This document shows positions 28,275 through 37,535 of a DNA stretch of 64,000 nt, piece by piece. The translations under genes and the position numbers were made by a program. Location: IMG/VR virus record IMGVR_UViG_3300042514_000542, positions 1-64,000 of that record, one strand, 5' to 3'. A model generated the notes under the pieces. It searched no databases and was not told the origin of the DNA. It saw nothing but the letters and a program-made list of their open reading frames with translations. Each line of letters begins with the position of its first letter. The first letter of the stretch is position 1.

Positions 28275-28652
28275 TCACCAATCATTACAGGCAGCTTGCT
28301 GTGGACTTCCCTTTTTAGCATTATCGCAATTATGTCTAGCCCTAAAAGATTTCTTACGTTTTGTATTACCACTTTTACCAGTTACTTTTACACCAGCTTG
28401 ACCCCAATGAATTCTCTTAACACTTCCATCTGGTTGTGTTGCACACTTAGTCCATTTCTTACCCTTACGATCAGATGATGTTTTCCCAGTAGCTTTGGTG
28501 CATTCTTCTGCATCCTCTTCTCCTACTTCTTCCTCTTCAACACAGTTATTAACGGTCTTACCATCTTTAATTTTTGTGCCACGTTTAACATACCCATCCC
28601 AGCACATCTTTTCATATAACAGGGAAATATTTTCTCGATCTTTTGAATACAT
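28275..28652 (-). CDS. Small basic, Cys-containing late protein
   Basis: TTAAATA-N5-ATG; CWDGY...NNCV and RKKSFRARHNC...ACNDW motifs. Confidence 0.65.
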   Translation of the reverse strand: MYSKDRENISLLYEKMCWDGYVKRGTKIKDGKTVNNCVEEEEVGEEDAEECTKATGKTSSDRKGKKWTKCATQPDGSVKRIHWGQAGVKVTGKSGNTKRKKSFRARHNCDNAKKGSPQQAACNDW

Positions 28653-28680
28653 GTTATTATTTAATCTAAACATAAATAAC

Positions 28681-28708
28681 TTGACTTTAATTAAAACCGA
28701 ATTATAAT
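28681..28708 (+). promoter_or_regulatory. Phage repeat promoter for tRNA-Asp/Gln
   Basis: TTGACT-TTAATTAAAACCGAAT-TATAAT; the tRNA starts 5 nt later. Confidence 0.8.
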
Positions 28709-28713
28709 ATAAA

Positions 28714-28787
28714 GGAACATTAGCATAGTGGTTTAATGCACCCGCCTGTCGAGCGGGTTATCGTCGGTTCGAATCCGTCATGTTCCG
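28714..28787 (+). tRNA. tRNA-Asp(GTC)
   Basis: CCCGC-CT-GTC-GA-GCGGG. Confidence 0.88.
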
Positions 28788-28796
28788 CATGTAAAT

Positions 28797-28872
28797 TGAG
28801 GGGTAGTGTAATGGTCTAGCACTGGTGGTTTTGATCCACCCAGAGAGGTTTCGAATACCTCTCCCTCTACCA
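28797..28872 (+). tRNA. tRNA-Gln(TTG) with CCA
   Basis: GGTGG-TT-TTG-AT-CCACC. Confidence 0.88.
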
Positions 28873-28903
28873 TATTAATTAAAACCGAAGTATAATACAG
28901 TAT

Positions 28904-29248
28904 ATGTCCGACTATCCAAAAGCCTATACAAGCAAAGACAGAATATCCAGAAAACCTCATACCTGTTGTGAGTGTGGTGGTAGAATTTTCTATAAAGAAA
29001 AGTATCATTACTTCACAGCCATATGGGATGAAAGATGGGGAACTTTTAAAACTTGTATGGATTGTGTTGAACTAAGGAAAACCTTTGAATCTGGTTTAAA
29101 ATATGATGAAAGACCTTGTGTTGGTGATTTATTTGAACATATTTTTGAAGGTAATTATAAACCTGATATCCAAACAGCGATTGACATTATGGATAAGCGT
29201 GGTAAATTTGTTCAACCTTGGATGAGAGATCGTTTAAAGAAAAAATAA
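28904..29248 (+). CDS. Hypothetical Zn-finger protein
   Basis: RKPHTCCECG...KTCMDC; preceded by the repeat promoter. Confidence 0.7.
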   Translation: MSDYPKAYTSKDRISRKPHTCCECGGRIFYKEKYHYFTAIWDERWGTFKTCMDCVELRKTFESGLKYDERPCVGDLFEHIFEGNYKPDIQTAIDIMDKRGKFVQPWMRDRLKKK

Positions 29249-29251
29249 CAT

Positions 29252-29337
29252 GGGTGATAGCGTCAAGGCGACAAACGGGATTTGAACTCCCGGCATACTC
29301 TAAAAGGTATAGGGTTCGATTCCTTTATCACCCGCCA
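29252..29337 (+). tRNA. tRNA-Ser(TGA) with CCA
   Basis: CGGGA-TT-TGA-AC-TCCCG; long variable arm; G73. Confidence 0.8.
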
Positions 29338-29349
29338 CATTTTAAAATT

Positions 29350-29748
29350 ATGAAGACAGATCAAGAACTATTAGATAAATGGAAACGTGTTGTAAATTTC
29401 TCCAGTGGATATCTGGAAGACACCCCAACAGAATTGAAATTATATGTATCCCAAAAATTGGAAGAATATGAGGACATGTGTTTTAGATGGGGTGACGAAG
29501 GAAAAATTAAGGATAACTCTAAATTCCCTAAATGTTTTATTCCTCAAGTTAGAGCTACACTTGGTAATCCAATAATTACATATGATGTCATGATTAACGG
29601 TAGGTTAGGTCTTGTTGTCGAAAATGGTAAGTGTTGGGACAAATATCAAGGTAGAGTAGGTATCCATTACGAACCAGAAGATATACACTGCCATACATCA
29701 CCAATGGGTGTATATAAGTGGGTTGATGAAAAATGGGAATATTGCTAA
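29350..29748 (+). CDS. Protein whose N-terminal half resembles the gp23 N-terminus
   Basis: LLDKWKRVVNFSS...LEEYE...FPKCFIPQVRAT versus gp23 IVDKWKDILDYSS...MENQE...LPKILIPMIRRT. Confidence 0.6.
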   Translation: MKTDQELLDKWKRVVNFSSGYLEDTPTELKLYVSQKLEEYEDMCFRWGDEGKIKDNSKFPKCFIPQVRATLGNPIITYDVMINGRLGLVVENGKCWDKYQGRVGIHYEPEDIHCHTSPMGVYKWVDEKWEYC

Positions 29749-29755
29749 AAGTATT

Positions 29756-29845
29756 GGAAGTGTGACAGAGTATGGTTATTGTGCTAATTTGCTAAATTAA
29801 GGCTATCCCTCAAAGGATACGGAGGTTCAAATCCTTTCACTTCCG
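29756..29845 (+). tRNA. tRNA-Ser(GCT)
   Basis: GGAAGTG/CACTTCC+G; anticodon loop TT-GCT-AA; long variable arm. Confidence 0.85.
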
Positions 29846-30017
29846 CATGACACATAGAACGAAATTAAAATGTATTGTAAATCCTATTCTAAGATTTATT
29901 CAATATAATAGTGATGAACCTTATGTAATTACATCAAAATTTAAAGATGGTGTATTCTTGGGTTATTCATTTCAAAGAGTCAAATACCGTTAATTAAAAC
30001 CGAAATACAATACGAAC

Positions 30018-30557
30018 ATGTGGTATCCATTAAACATTCATACAAACAATAGAGGTCTTCCAATTAACGCACATCCGGGTTCTTTTGGACACGCTAGAAA
30101 ATATAACTTCCACGAAGGAATTGATTTATACGGCAACGAAGGAGATTGGGTTTATGCCATGAAGGATGGTGTGGTAATATCCAATGAACGCTTCACAGGA
30201 CCATCTGTGGGTCATGATTGGCATCTGTCTCAAGCCGTAACAATCAAATCCGATACTGAATATTTTGTATATGGCGAACTTAAAAGTGATCTAAAGATTG
30301 GTGAATTCGTTAAAATGGGTACTAAGATTGGAGAACTTGTTCCTGTATTACCTAAAGAGAAAATCAGACCAGATATTCCAGAACATAGTAACGTGATGTT
30401 ACATCTTGAGAAATGGAATTTTAAATATGATCCAGTCGTTGGGTGGAAACCTTGGAAGACTAGATATGATAGACCAGAGTGGTTGGAAGATCCCACAAAT
30501 GATTTAATTGAAGCACTTAGAAATAAGCATCATCCTGTAAAACTATTAACAATGTAA
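30018..30557 (+). CDS. M23-family metallopeptidase
   Basis: HEGIDLY (HxxxD) and LHLE motifs; preceded by the repeat promoter. Confidence 0.75.
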   Translation: MWYPLNIHTNNRGLPINAHPGSFGHARKYNFHEGIDLYGNEGDWVYAMKDGVVISNERFTGPSVGHDWHLSQAVTIKSDTEYFVYGELKSDLKIGEFVKMGTKIGELVPVLPKEKIRPDIPEHSNVMLHLEKWNFKYDPVVGWKPWKTRYDRPEWLEDPTNDLIEALRNKHHPVKLLTM

Positions 30558-30559
30558 TT

Positions 30560-31252
30560 ATGAAAGTATTAATAACAAGCGGCGGTTGCAAAGTTCCAAT
30601 TGACGATGTAAGACATATTGGGAATTTTTCCAGTGGAAGATATGGTAAGGAATTATGCAACGAATTTACAAAAAATGGGAATGATGTAATCTTCTTCCAC
30701 GAAAAGGGAAGCGATAGACCTGAATATTTATATGTAAAAGATAATGTGGTGAATCCTACATACGTTGCATATAAAGATTACTATGACTATTTAAAAGTTA
30801 AAGATCTTATCAAAGAGGAACAACCCGATTTGATTCTTTCTGCTGCTGCAATATCTGATTATATTGTGGATAAGACAGAAGGTAAAATTTCTTCCGATAA
30901 TGATGAACTTACTATAAAACTCAAGAAAGGTGAAAAGGTGCTTCAATCGTTTAGAGAACTAGCACCCAAAGCCTTTATAGTCGGTTTCAAATTACTTGTA
31001 AGTCCGACTTATGAAGAGAAATATGAAGCAGTAAAGAAACAGTTGAAATATGTTGACGCTGTGGTTTACAATGATCTTACAGAACTTCGAAAGGGAAATG
31101 ATAAAAGAGAGTTAATATTCCAAGCCGATGATGGTAACATAGTCTCTGCTAAGAATATGACGGTTTCTGAAATCGTTGAAGAGTTATCTATATCTTCAAA
31201 GGTTTCAAAAGTATTTAAACACTATGAAATATTACTTAGGGAATTGACATGA
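30560..31252 (+). CDS. coaB: Phosphopantothenate-cysteine ligase (CoaB)
   Basis: VLITSGG...PIDDVRHIGNFSSGRYG, SAAAISDY, GKISS, VGFKL. Confidence 0.88.
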   Translation: MKVLITSGGCKVPIDDVRHIGNFSSGRYGKELCNEFTKNGNDVIFFHEKGSDRPEYLYVKDNVVNPTYVAYKDYYDYLKVKDLIKEEQPDLILSAAAISDYIVDKTEGKISSDNDELTIKLKKGEKVLQSFRELAPKAFIVGFKLLVSPTYEEKYEAVKKQLKYVDAVVYNDLTELRKGNDKRELIFQADDGNIVSAKNMTVSEIVEELSISSKVSKVFKHYEILLRELT

Positions 31253-31770
31253 ATGTATTATTAGGAGTAACAGGAAGTATAGCTGCAAAGCTGACACGCA
31301 AATTATCACAAAGCATCAAAGATTCTGGTCACGAAATAAAAACTGTTTATACTAATTCAGCTTATCATTTCACCCAGAGAACGATATATGGTGGTTATGG
31401 TGATGATGAAGAATGGGAATATTATCATGATAATGATAGTGTCCTCCACATCGACCTAGTAAAATGGGCGGATGTATTTGTAATAGCACCATGCACAGCA
31501 AATACATTAGCAAAAATAGCCAATGGGATTTGTGATAATCTTTTAACATCTTGTGTTAAAGCTTGGCCTAGAGATAAAACAAGAAATATAATACTAGCTC
31601 CAGCTATGAATTCAGAGATGTGGTATAATAAAATTACACAAGATCACATCAATACATTATCGTATGATAGGTTCGATATAATTGAACCTATCGAAAAAAA
31701 ATTATATTGTGGTGATACTGGTATTGGTGCTATGGCACATATTGACGATATAGTAAATAGTATTGAGTGA
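31249..31770 (+). CDS. coaC: Phosphopantothenoylcysteine decarboxylase (CoaC, HFCD flavoprotein)
   Basis: LLGVTGSIAA, HIDL..WAD..VIAPCTANTLAKIANGICDNLLT, APAMN..MW, LYCGDTGIGAM. Confidence 0.9.
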   Translation: MNVLLGVTGSIAAKLTRKLSQSIKDSGHEIKTVYTNSAYHFTQRTIYGGYGDDEEWEYYHDNDSVLHIDLVKWADVFVIAPCTANTLAKIANGICDNLLTSCVKAWPRDKTRNIILAPAMNSEMWYNKITQDHINTLSYDRFDIIEPIEKKLYCGDTGIGAMAHIDDIVNSIE

Positions 31771-31771
31771 T

Positions 31772-32005
31772 ATGAAAGATAAAGTAGAAGGAATTTTAGA
31801 AAACATGAAAAAACTTCAATGTACCTTGGAAAAGGAACAGAATCAATGTAGTCATGATAATGTTAAGGTAGAGAAGAATTCAAATACTGGCAACTATGAT
31901 CCTAGTGATAATCAGTATTGGGTGAATGTAGAATGTCTAGATTGTGGAAAATATATGATCTTTGATTATGAAAAAGATAGAGAACAGTATCTAAAATATT
32001 GTTGA
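31772..32005 (+). CDS. Hypothetical Zn-ribbon protein
   Basis: CSH...NTGNYDPSD..YW...ECLDCGK. Confidence 0.6.
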   Translation: MKDKVEGILENMKKLQCTLEKEQNQCSHDNVKVEKNSNTGNYDPSDNQYWVNVECLDCGKYMIFDYEKDREQYLKYC

Positions 32006-32011
32006 TGTAAA

Positions 32012-32083
32012 AGACCCATCGTATAATGGTTAATACCTCGGATTCCAAATCCGAAGATCTGCGTTCGATTCGTAGTGGGTCTG
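32012..32083 (+). tRNA. tRNA-Trp(CCA)
   Basis: TCGGA-TT-CCA-AA-TCCGA. Confidence 0.85.
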
Positions 32084-32089
32084 CTTAAT

Positions 32090-32160
32090 GTCTCGTTGGT
32101 CAAATGGTAAGGCGGCGGATTGCAAATTCGCAGTTGGGGGTTCGATTCCCTCACGGGACT
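32090..32160 (+). tRNA. tRNA-Cys(GCA)
   Basis: GCGGA-TT-GCA-AA-TTCGC; U73. Confidence 0.85.
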
Positions 32161-32849
32161 CACAAAATAGTTATAGCACTTCTAACAACATTAATGTTTC
32201 TAGACTTAGCATATACACCATCACCATCTCTACCACCACTAGCACCAGTATTTGCCTCGACAGTTGAAAACACACCTGACGCATTACTATCCGATGTAGC
32301 GATTCCTATATGGGAAAATGAAAACACAACCAATTGACCCTTTTTAATTTTTTTGGGTTTACGAATTATATCAGTTTTATTGGGAAGATTATCAGCCCAA
32401 GATTCAAATCCAAATGCTGCTGCTGTTTTTGGTCTTTCTGCTTCTGTGAAAATTCCAGCCTCTTTAATACACCAGCACATACATGCTGCGCAATAAGGTT
32501 CCCTGTTCTTATATCCATCTGGATAATTTGTAGCCGTCCAATATTTAGCGATACCATCTCCGTGATTTCTACCAGCATTCTCATATATACCGACTTGTGT
32601 TTTTGCTATATCGACAACTTTAATGCTGTTATTGGATACTGTTGGGGTTATATTAAACTTATCTAATATAGCACCGATTGTGATCGGACCAACTTCACCA
32701 TCGGGAGTAACCTTTAGAAACGTTTGAATACTTTTAATACTATTTAAAGTTCCCAATTTATCTGCAACTGCCTTTGTAGTGATTGGTCCAAATACACCAT
32801 CATCTTTAATTTTCAGGAATTGTTGTATCTTCTGTATTTGTGCTTTCAT
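32160..32849 (-). CDS. Endolysin: peptidoglycan-binding repeats plus CHAP domain
   Basis: DGVFGPIT and DGEVGPIT repeats; PYCAAC, SHIGI, EANT. Confidence 0.85.
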   Translation of the reverse strand: MKAQIQKIQQFLKIKDDGVFGPITTKAVADKLGTLNSIKSIQTFLKVTPDGEVGPITIGAILDKFNITPTVSNNSIKVVDIAKTQVGIYENAGRNHGDGIAKYWTATNYPDGYKNREPYCAACMCWCIKEAGIFTEAERPKTAAAFGFESWADNLPNKTDIIRKPKKIKKGQLVVFSFSHIGIATSDSNASGVFSTVEANTGASGGRDGDGVYAKSRNINVVRSAITIL

Positions 32850-33078
32850 TATTTTTTCTTCGTTTTGATTTTGCAGCATTTATTTTCATTACGGAATCTA
32901 CTGATCCACCTAAAATGAATAATGAACCTATAGTTAGAGCGAATTGGATATATGGTGTAGGATCTACAGTATATTTAATTTGAAAAATAATCATGATTAT
33001 ACTATAGCCGAGTAAAACACCCATCCATTTTTGGCGATTTCCACCCATGAACTTTTCTTTATCTAAAGGATCTCTCAT
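32806..33078 (-). CDS. Putative holin
   Basis: Two hydrophobic helices and a basic tail; next to the endolysin. Confidence 0.55.
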   Translation of the reverse strand: MRDPLDKEKFMGGNRQKWMGVLLGYSIIMIIFQIKYTVDPTPYIQFALTIGSLFILGGSVDSVMKINAAKSKRRKNNESTNTEDTTIPEN

Positions 33079-33782
33079 TACCAACGTAATCTTGCTAAGG
33101 GGTTTACAGACATCCAAATATTTTTCACCACAAGCAGAAGGATATAAATACCTATAGCATACCAGAAAAGTTTCTTATATACCATAGCATCGGACTTTTC
33201 TTTAATTAATTTTTCCTTTTCTTTTTGGACTGCTATAACTTCTATATTTTTATTTTCCAAACTAACCTTTACCTGAGTTAGCTTTTCTTGTGCTTCTTTA
33301 GCCTCCGCTTCTTTTTTATCTGATTTCTCTAAGGCATCTGCTGCTAATTTCTTTGCATCCGCTAGGGTTTTCGCTTGTTGTTTTGTGAGATTATCTAATT
33401 CATTGGCTTTTGTTTCCAAAAATAAATTACGGGTTTCCACCTTTTTAACTTGATTGATCAAATTAATCGCTTCCAATTCTGTGATTGCTACCTTGGCGAG
33501 TGCTTTCTCTTTGATCTTCTCTGCTTGGGCTAATGCTTCTGAAATTTCAATTTTCTGCTCAATAAGTGCAGCAACAGTTTCATTGACCTTGCCTTGTTGT
33601 TGGGTATTTTCATTTATACCTTTATCAATATTATCTTGTGCTGCACGAATGTCAGGTCGCGCACTTTCTTCAACTTTAGGATTATTAGGAATATCAGATG
33701 GGGTTATATTCCGTAAACCACATCCAGAAATTATAATGGATGTGATTATTAAAAATAGAATATTGGTTTTCAGTTGTTTCAT
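33078..33782 (-). CDS. Lipoprotein with coiled coil and C-terminal TM helix (spanin-like)
   Basis: Lipobox IISG-C; long heptad region; TM helix LFWYAIGIYILLLVV. Confidence 0.6.
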   Translation of the reverse strand: MKQLKTNILFLIITSIIISGCGLRNITPSDIPNNPKVEESARPDIRAAQDNIDKGINENTQQQGKVNETVAALIEQKIEISEALAQAEKIKEKALAKVAITELEAINLINQVKKVETRNLFLETKANELDNLTKQQAKTLADAKKLAADALEKSDKKEAEAKEAQEKLTQVKVSLENKNIEVIAVQKEKEKLIKEKSDAMVYKKLFWYAIGIYILLLVVKNIWMSVNPLARLRW

Positions 33783-33783
33783 A

Positions 33784-34074
33784 TTAATTAATTAACTTAA
33801 GTATAACCCCCAATAAAGCACCCCCAATAAGTTGAATCGCTATTAGGAATCCAATAAGTTTCGATTTATCATTCTGTAGAATAGATATATCTATAGAATT
33901 CTTCTTAATATCATCTTCAATATTTTTAAGATCGGCAGCAGTTGCATAATTTTGCTTCATTTCACTCAATGAAGCTTGTATAGCACTACCTTGCGCTCTA
34001 AGCTCTTTCAAAGTCTCACCCACTTCTCTCCTCCATTCTTTATGAAGCTCATTTAATTCAGATCTCTCAGTCAT
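33784..34074 (-). CDS. Coiled-coil protein with C-terminal TM helix (lysis-associated)
   Basis: First gene of the lysis operon; TAAATA upstream. Confidence 0.55.
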   Translation of the reverse strand: MTERSELNELHKEWRREVGETLKELRAQGSAIQASLSEMKQNYATAADLKNIEDDIKKNSIDISILQNDKSKLIGFLIAIQLIGGALLGVILKLIN

Positions 34075-34138
34075 GTCACTAATATTATTTAGTGATAACT
34101 TGACAATATCGGTTCCTGTGATATAAATAAAACTCGCT

Positions 34139-34561
34139 ATGAGAAAAATAATTACACTACTAGCATTTTTAACAATAGTTGGCTGCTATCCAACACCAAC
34201 TTTGGCAAACAATTCAGATTCTAAAATGGAAATTATGGCAAGAGTGACCTACTATTGGCCTGGAAATGGTGGTCAGAGTGGTCGTAAGACTGCCACTGGT
34301 AATATCGCCACTGGTGGTAAGACTGCCGCTGTAGACCCAAAGATCATTCCATATGGAAGTAAGATCATTATACCTAAAATGGAAAAGGTTTTTGTAGCCC
34401 ACGATACAGGTTCGGCAGTGGTTTCGAGAAAAGCTTCCAAAAATTTAGGAAAGAATAATGTCGTGATTGATATTTTTTGTGAAAATAGAGCAGAAGCTCA
34501 AAGAAAAATCAAATCATATCCAATGTTTATGAAGATTCAAATAGAAAAACCGAAAAAATGA
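34139..34561 (+). CDS. Secreted 3D-domain protein (MltA-like peptidoglycan enzyme)
   Basis: TATG...AAVDPKIIPYGSKI...AHDTGSA...IDIF; N-terminal signal/lipobox. Confidence 0.85.
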   Translation: MRKIITLLAFLTIVGCYPTPTLANNSDSKMEIMARVTYYWPGNGGQSGRKTATGNIATGGKTAAVDPKIIPYGSKIIIPKMEKVFVAHDTGSAVVSRKASKNLGKNNVVIDIFCENRAEAQRKIKSYPMFMKIQIEKPKK

Positions 34562-35355
34562 AATGTATTATATGTAGACCATTCGATGGCCTATGTGATG
34601 TGTTATCTAGAATATATGCTTGTATAGAATATTGTGAAAAATATGATTGTATAATGTGTATAGATACTATGACTAGTAGGGGTTATGATTTTCATCACTA
34701 TTTTGAATTTATAAATCAGAATGATAAAATAATTAATTATTCTGATATATCATCAAACTTAGATGATTATCATATAATAGAAGTTGATAAGTTTATACAT
34801 ATAGATAACAGTGATCATAATAATATTTCGTATCATCATGATCGAGGTGGTGATCATGAATATGCTTTGGAGTTATTGAAGATTGTGAAATTGACTAAAG
34901 AAACGCGAGAATTCGTGAAATCTAAATTAAAAATATTACCCGAACATTATGATTCTTTACATGTTCGAAACACTGATATATTATCAGATTGGGAGTCTGC
35001 ATTCAAGAATATATCGAAAGATGTAGATGGTCGTAATCTGCTAGTTTGTAGTGATCACCAATACATATTAGATGTATCTGATGCGTATTTTGATAAATCT
35101 GTGGTATATCACACGACGGAAAATGCAAGTGTTGATGGTCGTCCCATACATAACCGTAGATATATAAGAAATGATGAGATACAATCACAGTTATTATCAG
35201 CTATTGTGGACTTGTTAGCTTTGGGGATGAGTGATAAGATGCATTGCCCCATCATTGAATATAACCCAAAAACCAGTCATAGATCAGGGTTTAATCACCT
35301 AGCGGAAGATTTAACCAAAAATAAATGGATAGTGAAACAATTATTAGATAGATAA
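34558..35355 (+). CDS. Fucosyltransferase/NodZ-like glycosyltransferase
   Basis: GLCDVL, SLHVRNTD, LVCSD, AIVDLLAL...SGF. Confidence 0.65.
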   Translation: MKCIICRPFDGLCDVLSRIYACIEYCEKYDCIMCIDTMTSRGYDFHHYFEFINQNDKIINYSDISSNLDDYHIIEVDKFIHIDNSDHNNISYHHDRGGDHEYALELLKIVKLTKETREFVKSKLKILPEHYDSLHVRNTDILSDWESAFKNISKDVDGRNLLVCSDHQYILDVSDAYFDKSVVYHTTENASVDGRPIHNRRYIRNDEIQSQLLSAIVDLLALGMSDKMHCPIIEYNPKTSHRSGFNHLAEDLTKNKWIVKQLLDR

Positions 35356-35385
35356 TAGTCAAAATCAATATAAATAATACATATA

Positions 35386-36786
35386 ATGGAAAATATTCAA
35401 TACAGCACACCAATTATACTGACAGCATCTATAGATCCACACGGATGTTGGTATCTAGAAAGAAATGATCCAAAAACGAGAGAAAATGATTATATAGAAT
35501 CTCTCAAAGGATGGTTAACCGAAACGGATTTCAATATTGTATTCTGTGAGAATTCTGGATATGATTTATCCAACATTAAAAAATGTATCGAAGGGTATGA
35601 ACATAGGGTGGAGATATTACAATTTTTCGGACAAGATTATCCTAGACATCTCGGTAAAGGATATGGAGAAAATAGAATTTTGGAATATACACTGAATAAT
35701 TCGGTATTCATTAAAAATTCTCATCATGTCGCTAAGGTCACGGGAAGATTGTTTGTGGAGAATATGAAAAATATTTTTGATGAATATGTCGAGTGTGACA
35801 TCTTAACTCAAGATGGTTGGTCGTCTGAGGTGTTTATATCATCCAAAGAATTTCTTTCAGATTTTGTAACTAATTATAATAATATAGATGATAGAATTGG
35901 GCGATATTTCGAACATGCGCTCGGAGAATGTTCACGTAAATATAAGGCAAAACATATGACAGAATGCTCCATCATTGGCATCCGAGGTACTAATGGAATA
36001 CCACATGAAAAAAAAAAAACTGATATAGAGACATTTATATTCATTCATAACCAAGACATTATTCTTAAATTTGAGCAGACCAAAAAGTTCTCAGATCTTT
36101 CATGTTATACCTACGTATTTCTTGGTAATGGGCCAACCGATAAATTGAAAAATATTGAGAATTTAATTATAGCTACCGATTTTGAAGATAATCTAGAACA
36201 ATACCCAAATATGTGTGCTTATTCGGGATGGTATCTATTATATCGAAATAAGTTAATTAAAACGAAATACGTAACACTATTAGAATATGATGTAGTCTTA
36301 ACGGTAGACTTTGAAAAAAGACTCAAAGAGTCTTTAACTGATGATATCAATATCTATGGATATGTTCCGGTAGGAATGGATGGCCAGTTACTTTATGGTA
36401 GTGGTGCGAAAAGTATAATAAATTATTATAATTCAAACTTTAATATTGATTTAAGAGACAATATCACCAAAATCTGCATTAGAAAAAATATTGATAGGTG
36501 GATTTCTACAAGTAATGTCACACTAAATTCAGACTTTTTTCACAAGTATATGGATGAAAATGTAAAACTTTTTCAAAGTATAGCATATCATAAATTAGTA
36601 GGACATGCTATAGAAAGACTACTATCAATGTATTATATAATCAATGATATCCCAGTTCTAATTATTGATAGAGTGTTATACCATTACCAATTAGACTCAC
36701 ATTTCACTCAGCCAATTATTAGTAAAAAATTTTACGATTTAAATGTTGATCTAATCAGTGAAAATATAATCACAGCGCGACGTTGA
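35386..36786 (+). CDS. Two-domain glycosyltransferase-like protein joined at an A12 tract
   Basis: Domain 1: LTASI...VFCENS...GKGYGE...KVTGR. Domain 2: LLEYD...HAIER. Confidence 0.65.
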   Translation: MENIQYSTPIILTASIDPHGCWYLERNDPKTRENDYIESLKGWLTETDFNIVFCENSGYDLSNIKKCIEGYEHRVEILQFFGQDYPRHLGKGYGENRILEYTLNNSVFIKNSHHVAKVTGRLFVENMKNIFDEYVECDILTQDGWSSEVFISSKEFLSDFVTNYNNIDDRIGRYFEHALGECSRKYKAKHMTECSIIGIRGTNGIPHEKKKTDIETFIFIHNQDIILKFEQTKKFSDLSCYTYVFLGNGPTDKLKNIENLIIATDFEDNLEQYPNMCAYSGWYLLYRNKLIKTKYVTLLEYDVVLTVDFEKRLKESLTDDINIYGYVPVGMDGQLLYGSGAKSIINYYNSNFNIDLRDNITKICIRKNIDRWISTSNVTLNSDFFHKYMDENVKLFQSIAYHKLVGHAIERLLSMYYIINDIPVLIIDRVLYHYQLDSHFTQPIISKKFYDLNVDLISENIITARR

Positions 36787-36859
36787 TATCGTAACACCAA
36801 TGAGCTAGTTGGTGATATATATTTGACAAATAATAATTTTAACACTAAATATAGATTGT

Positions 36860-37057
36860 ATGATTAAACGAGAAAGTTCAAATATGGTACGATTATGTTG
36901 CGGGAAAAAAGGATGCCCGACTATCGAAGATCTTGGAAATGGAATGGTTAGGATCACTGATGATTTCGGTAAGGATGTGACGATGACAAAGGAAGAAGCT
37001 GAAATTGTTTCTGATGGTGTTAAAGTCTTAAACGGTGAAAAATTAATTCTTGGTTGA
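36860..37057 (+). CDS. Small Cys-rich late protein
   Basis: LCCGKKGCP; CTAAATA upstream. Confidence 0.65.
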   Translation: MIKRESSNMVRLCCGKKGCPTIEDLGNGMVRITDDFGKDVTMTKEEAEIVSDGVKVLNGEKLILG

Positions 37058-37340
37058 ATTCATCATACAAAGCTTCGCTTTAATAGGTTGTTGCTTTATA
37101 ATAAAATATGGGACCATATTAGACTTTATAAGAAACCCCATAAAAAAATACAAATTTTTTAACGATTTATTTAATTGCTCATTATGTATAGGTTTTCACG
37201 TTGGATTTTGGACACAAACCCTTTCCACATCATTCTCATTGGGTGCTGCATTACAGCTTGGATTTTATTCATCGGCAATATGTTGGTTCGCTGATCACAT
37301 TATTGATGTGATGCAAACATACATTTATGGCCGAAATTAA
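37050..37340 (+). CDS. Small membrane protein with CxxC (DUF1360-like)
   Basis: LFNCSLCIGFHVG flanked by hydrophobic helices. Confidence 0.6.
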   Translation: MVEFIIQSFALIGCCFIIKYGTILDFIRNPIKKYKFFNDLFNCSLCIGFHVGFWTQTLSTSFSLGAALQLGFYSSAICWFADHIIDVMQTYIYGRN

Positions 37341-37524
37341 ATTAATAATTATATGGAATGATCTAAGGGTTTGGGAAGATGTATATGACACTACAAACCC
37401 TCATGAGACTGCATGGATGAGTAAAAACTATAAAAAATCTACATATTCCATATTAGAGATCCCCAAAAATTTAGAAGTGTTTAAGCAAACACCAGAAGAT
37501 GATATATTAGATAGCTTGATCTAA
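37327..37524 (+). CDS. Hypothetical protein
   Basis: Overlapping operon member. Confidence 0.55.
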   Translation: MAEIKLIIIWNDLRVWEDVYDTTNPHETAWMSKNYKKSTYSILEIPKNLEVFKQTPEDDILDSLI

Positions 37525-37535
37525 TAAATAATATA

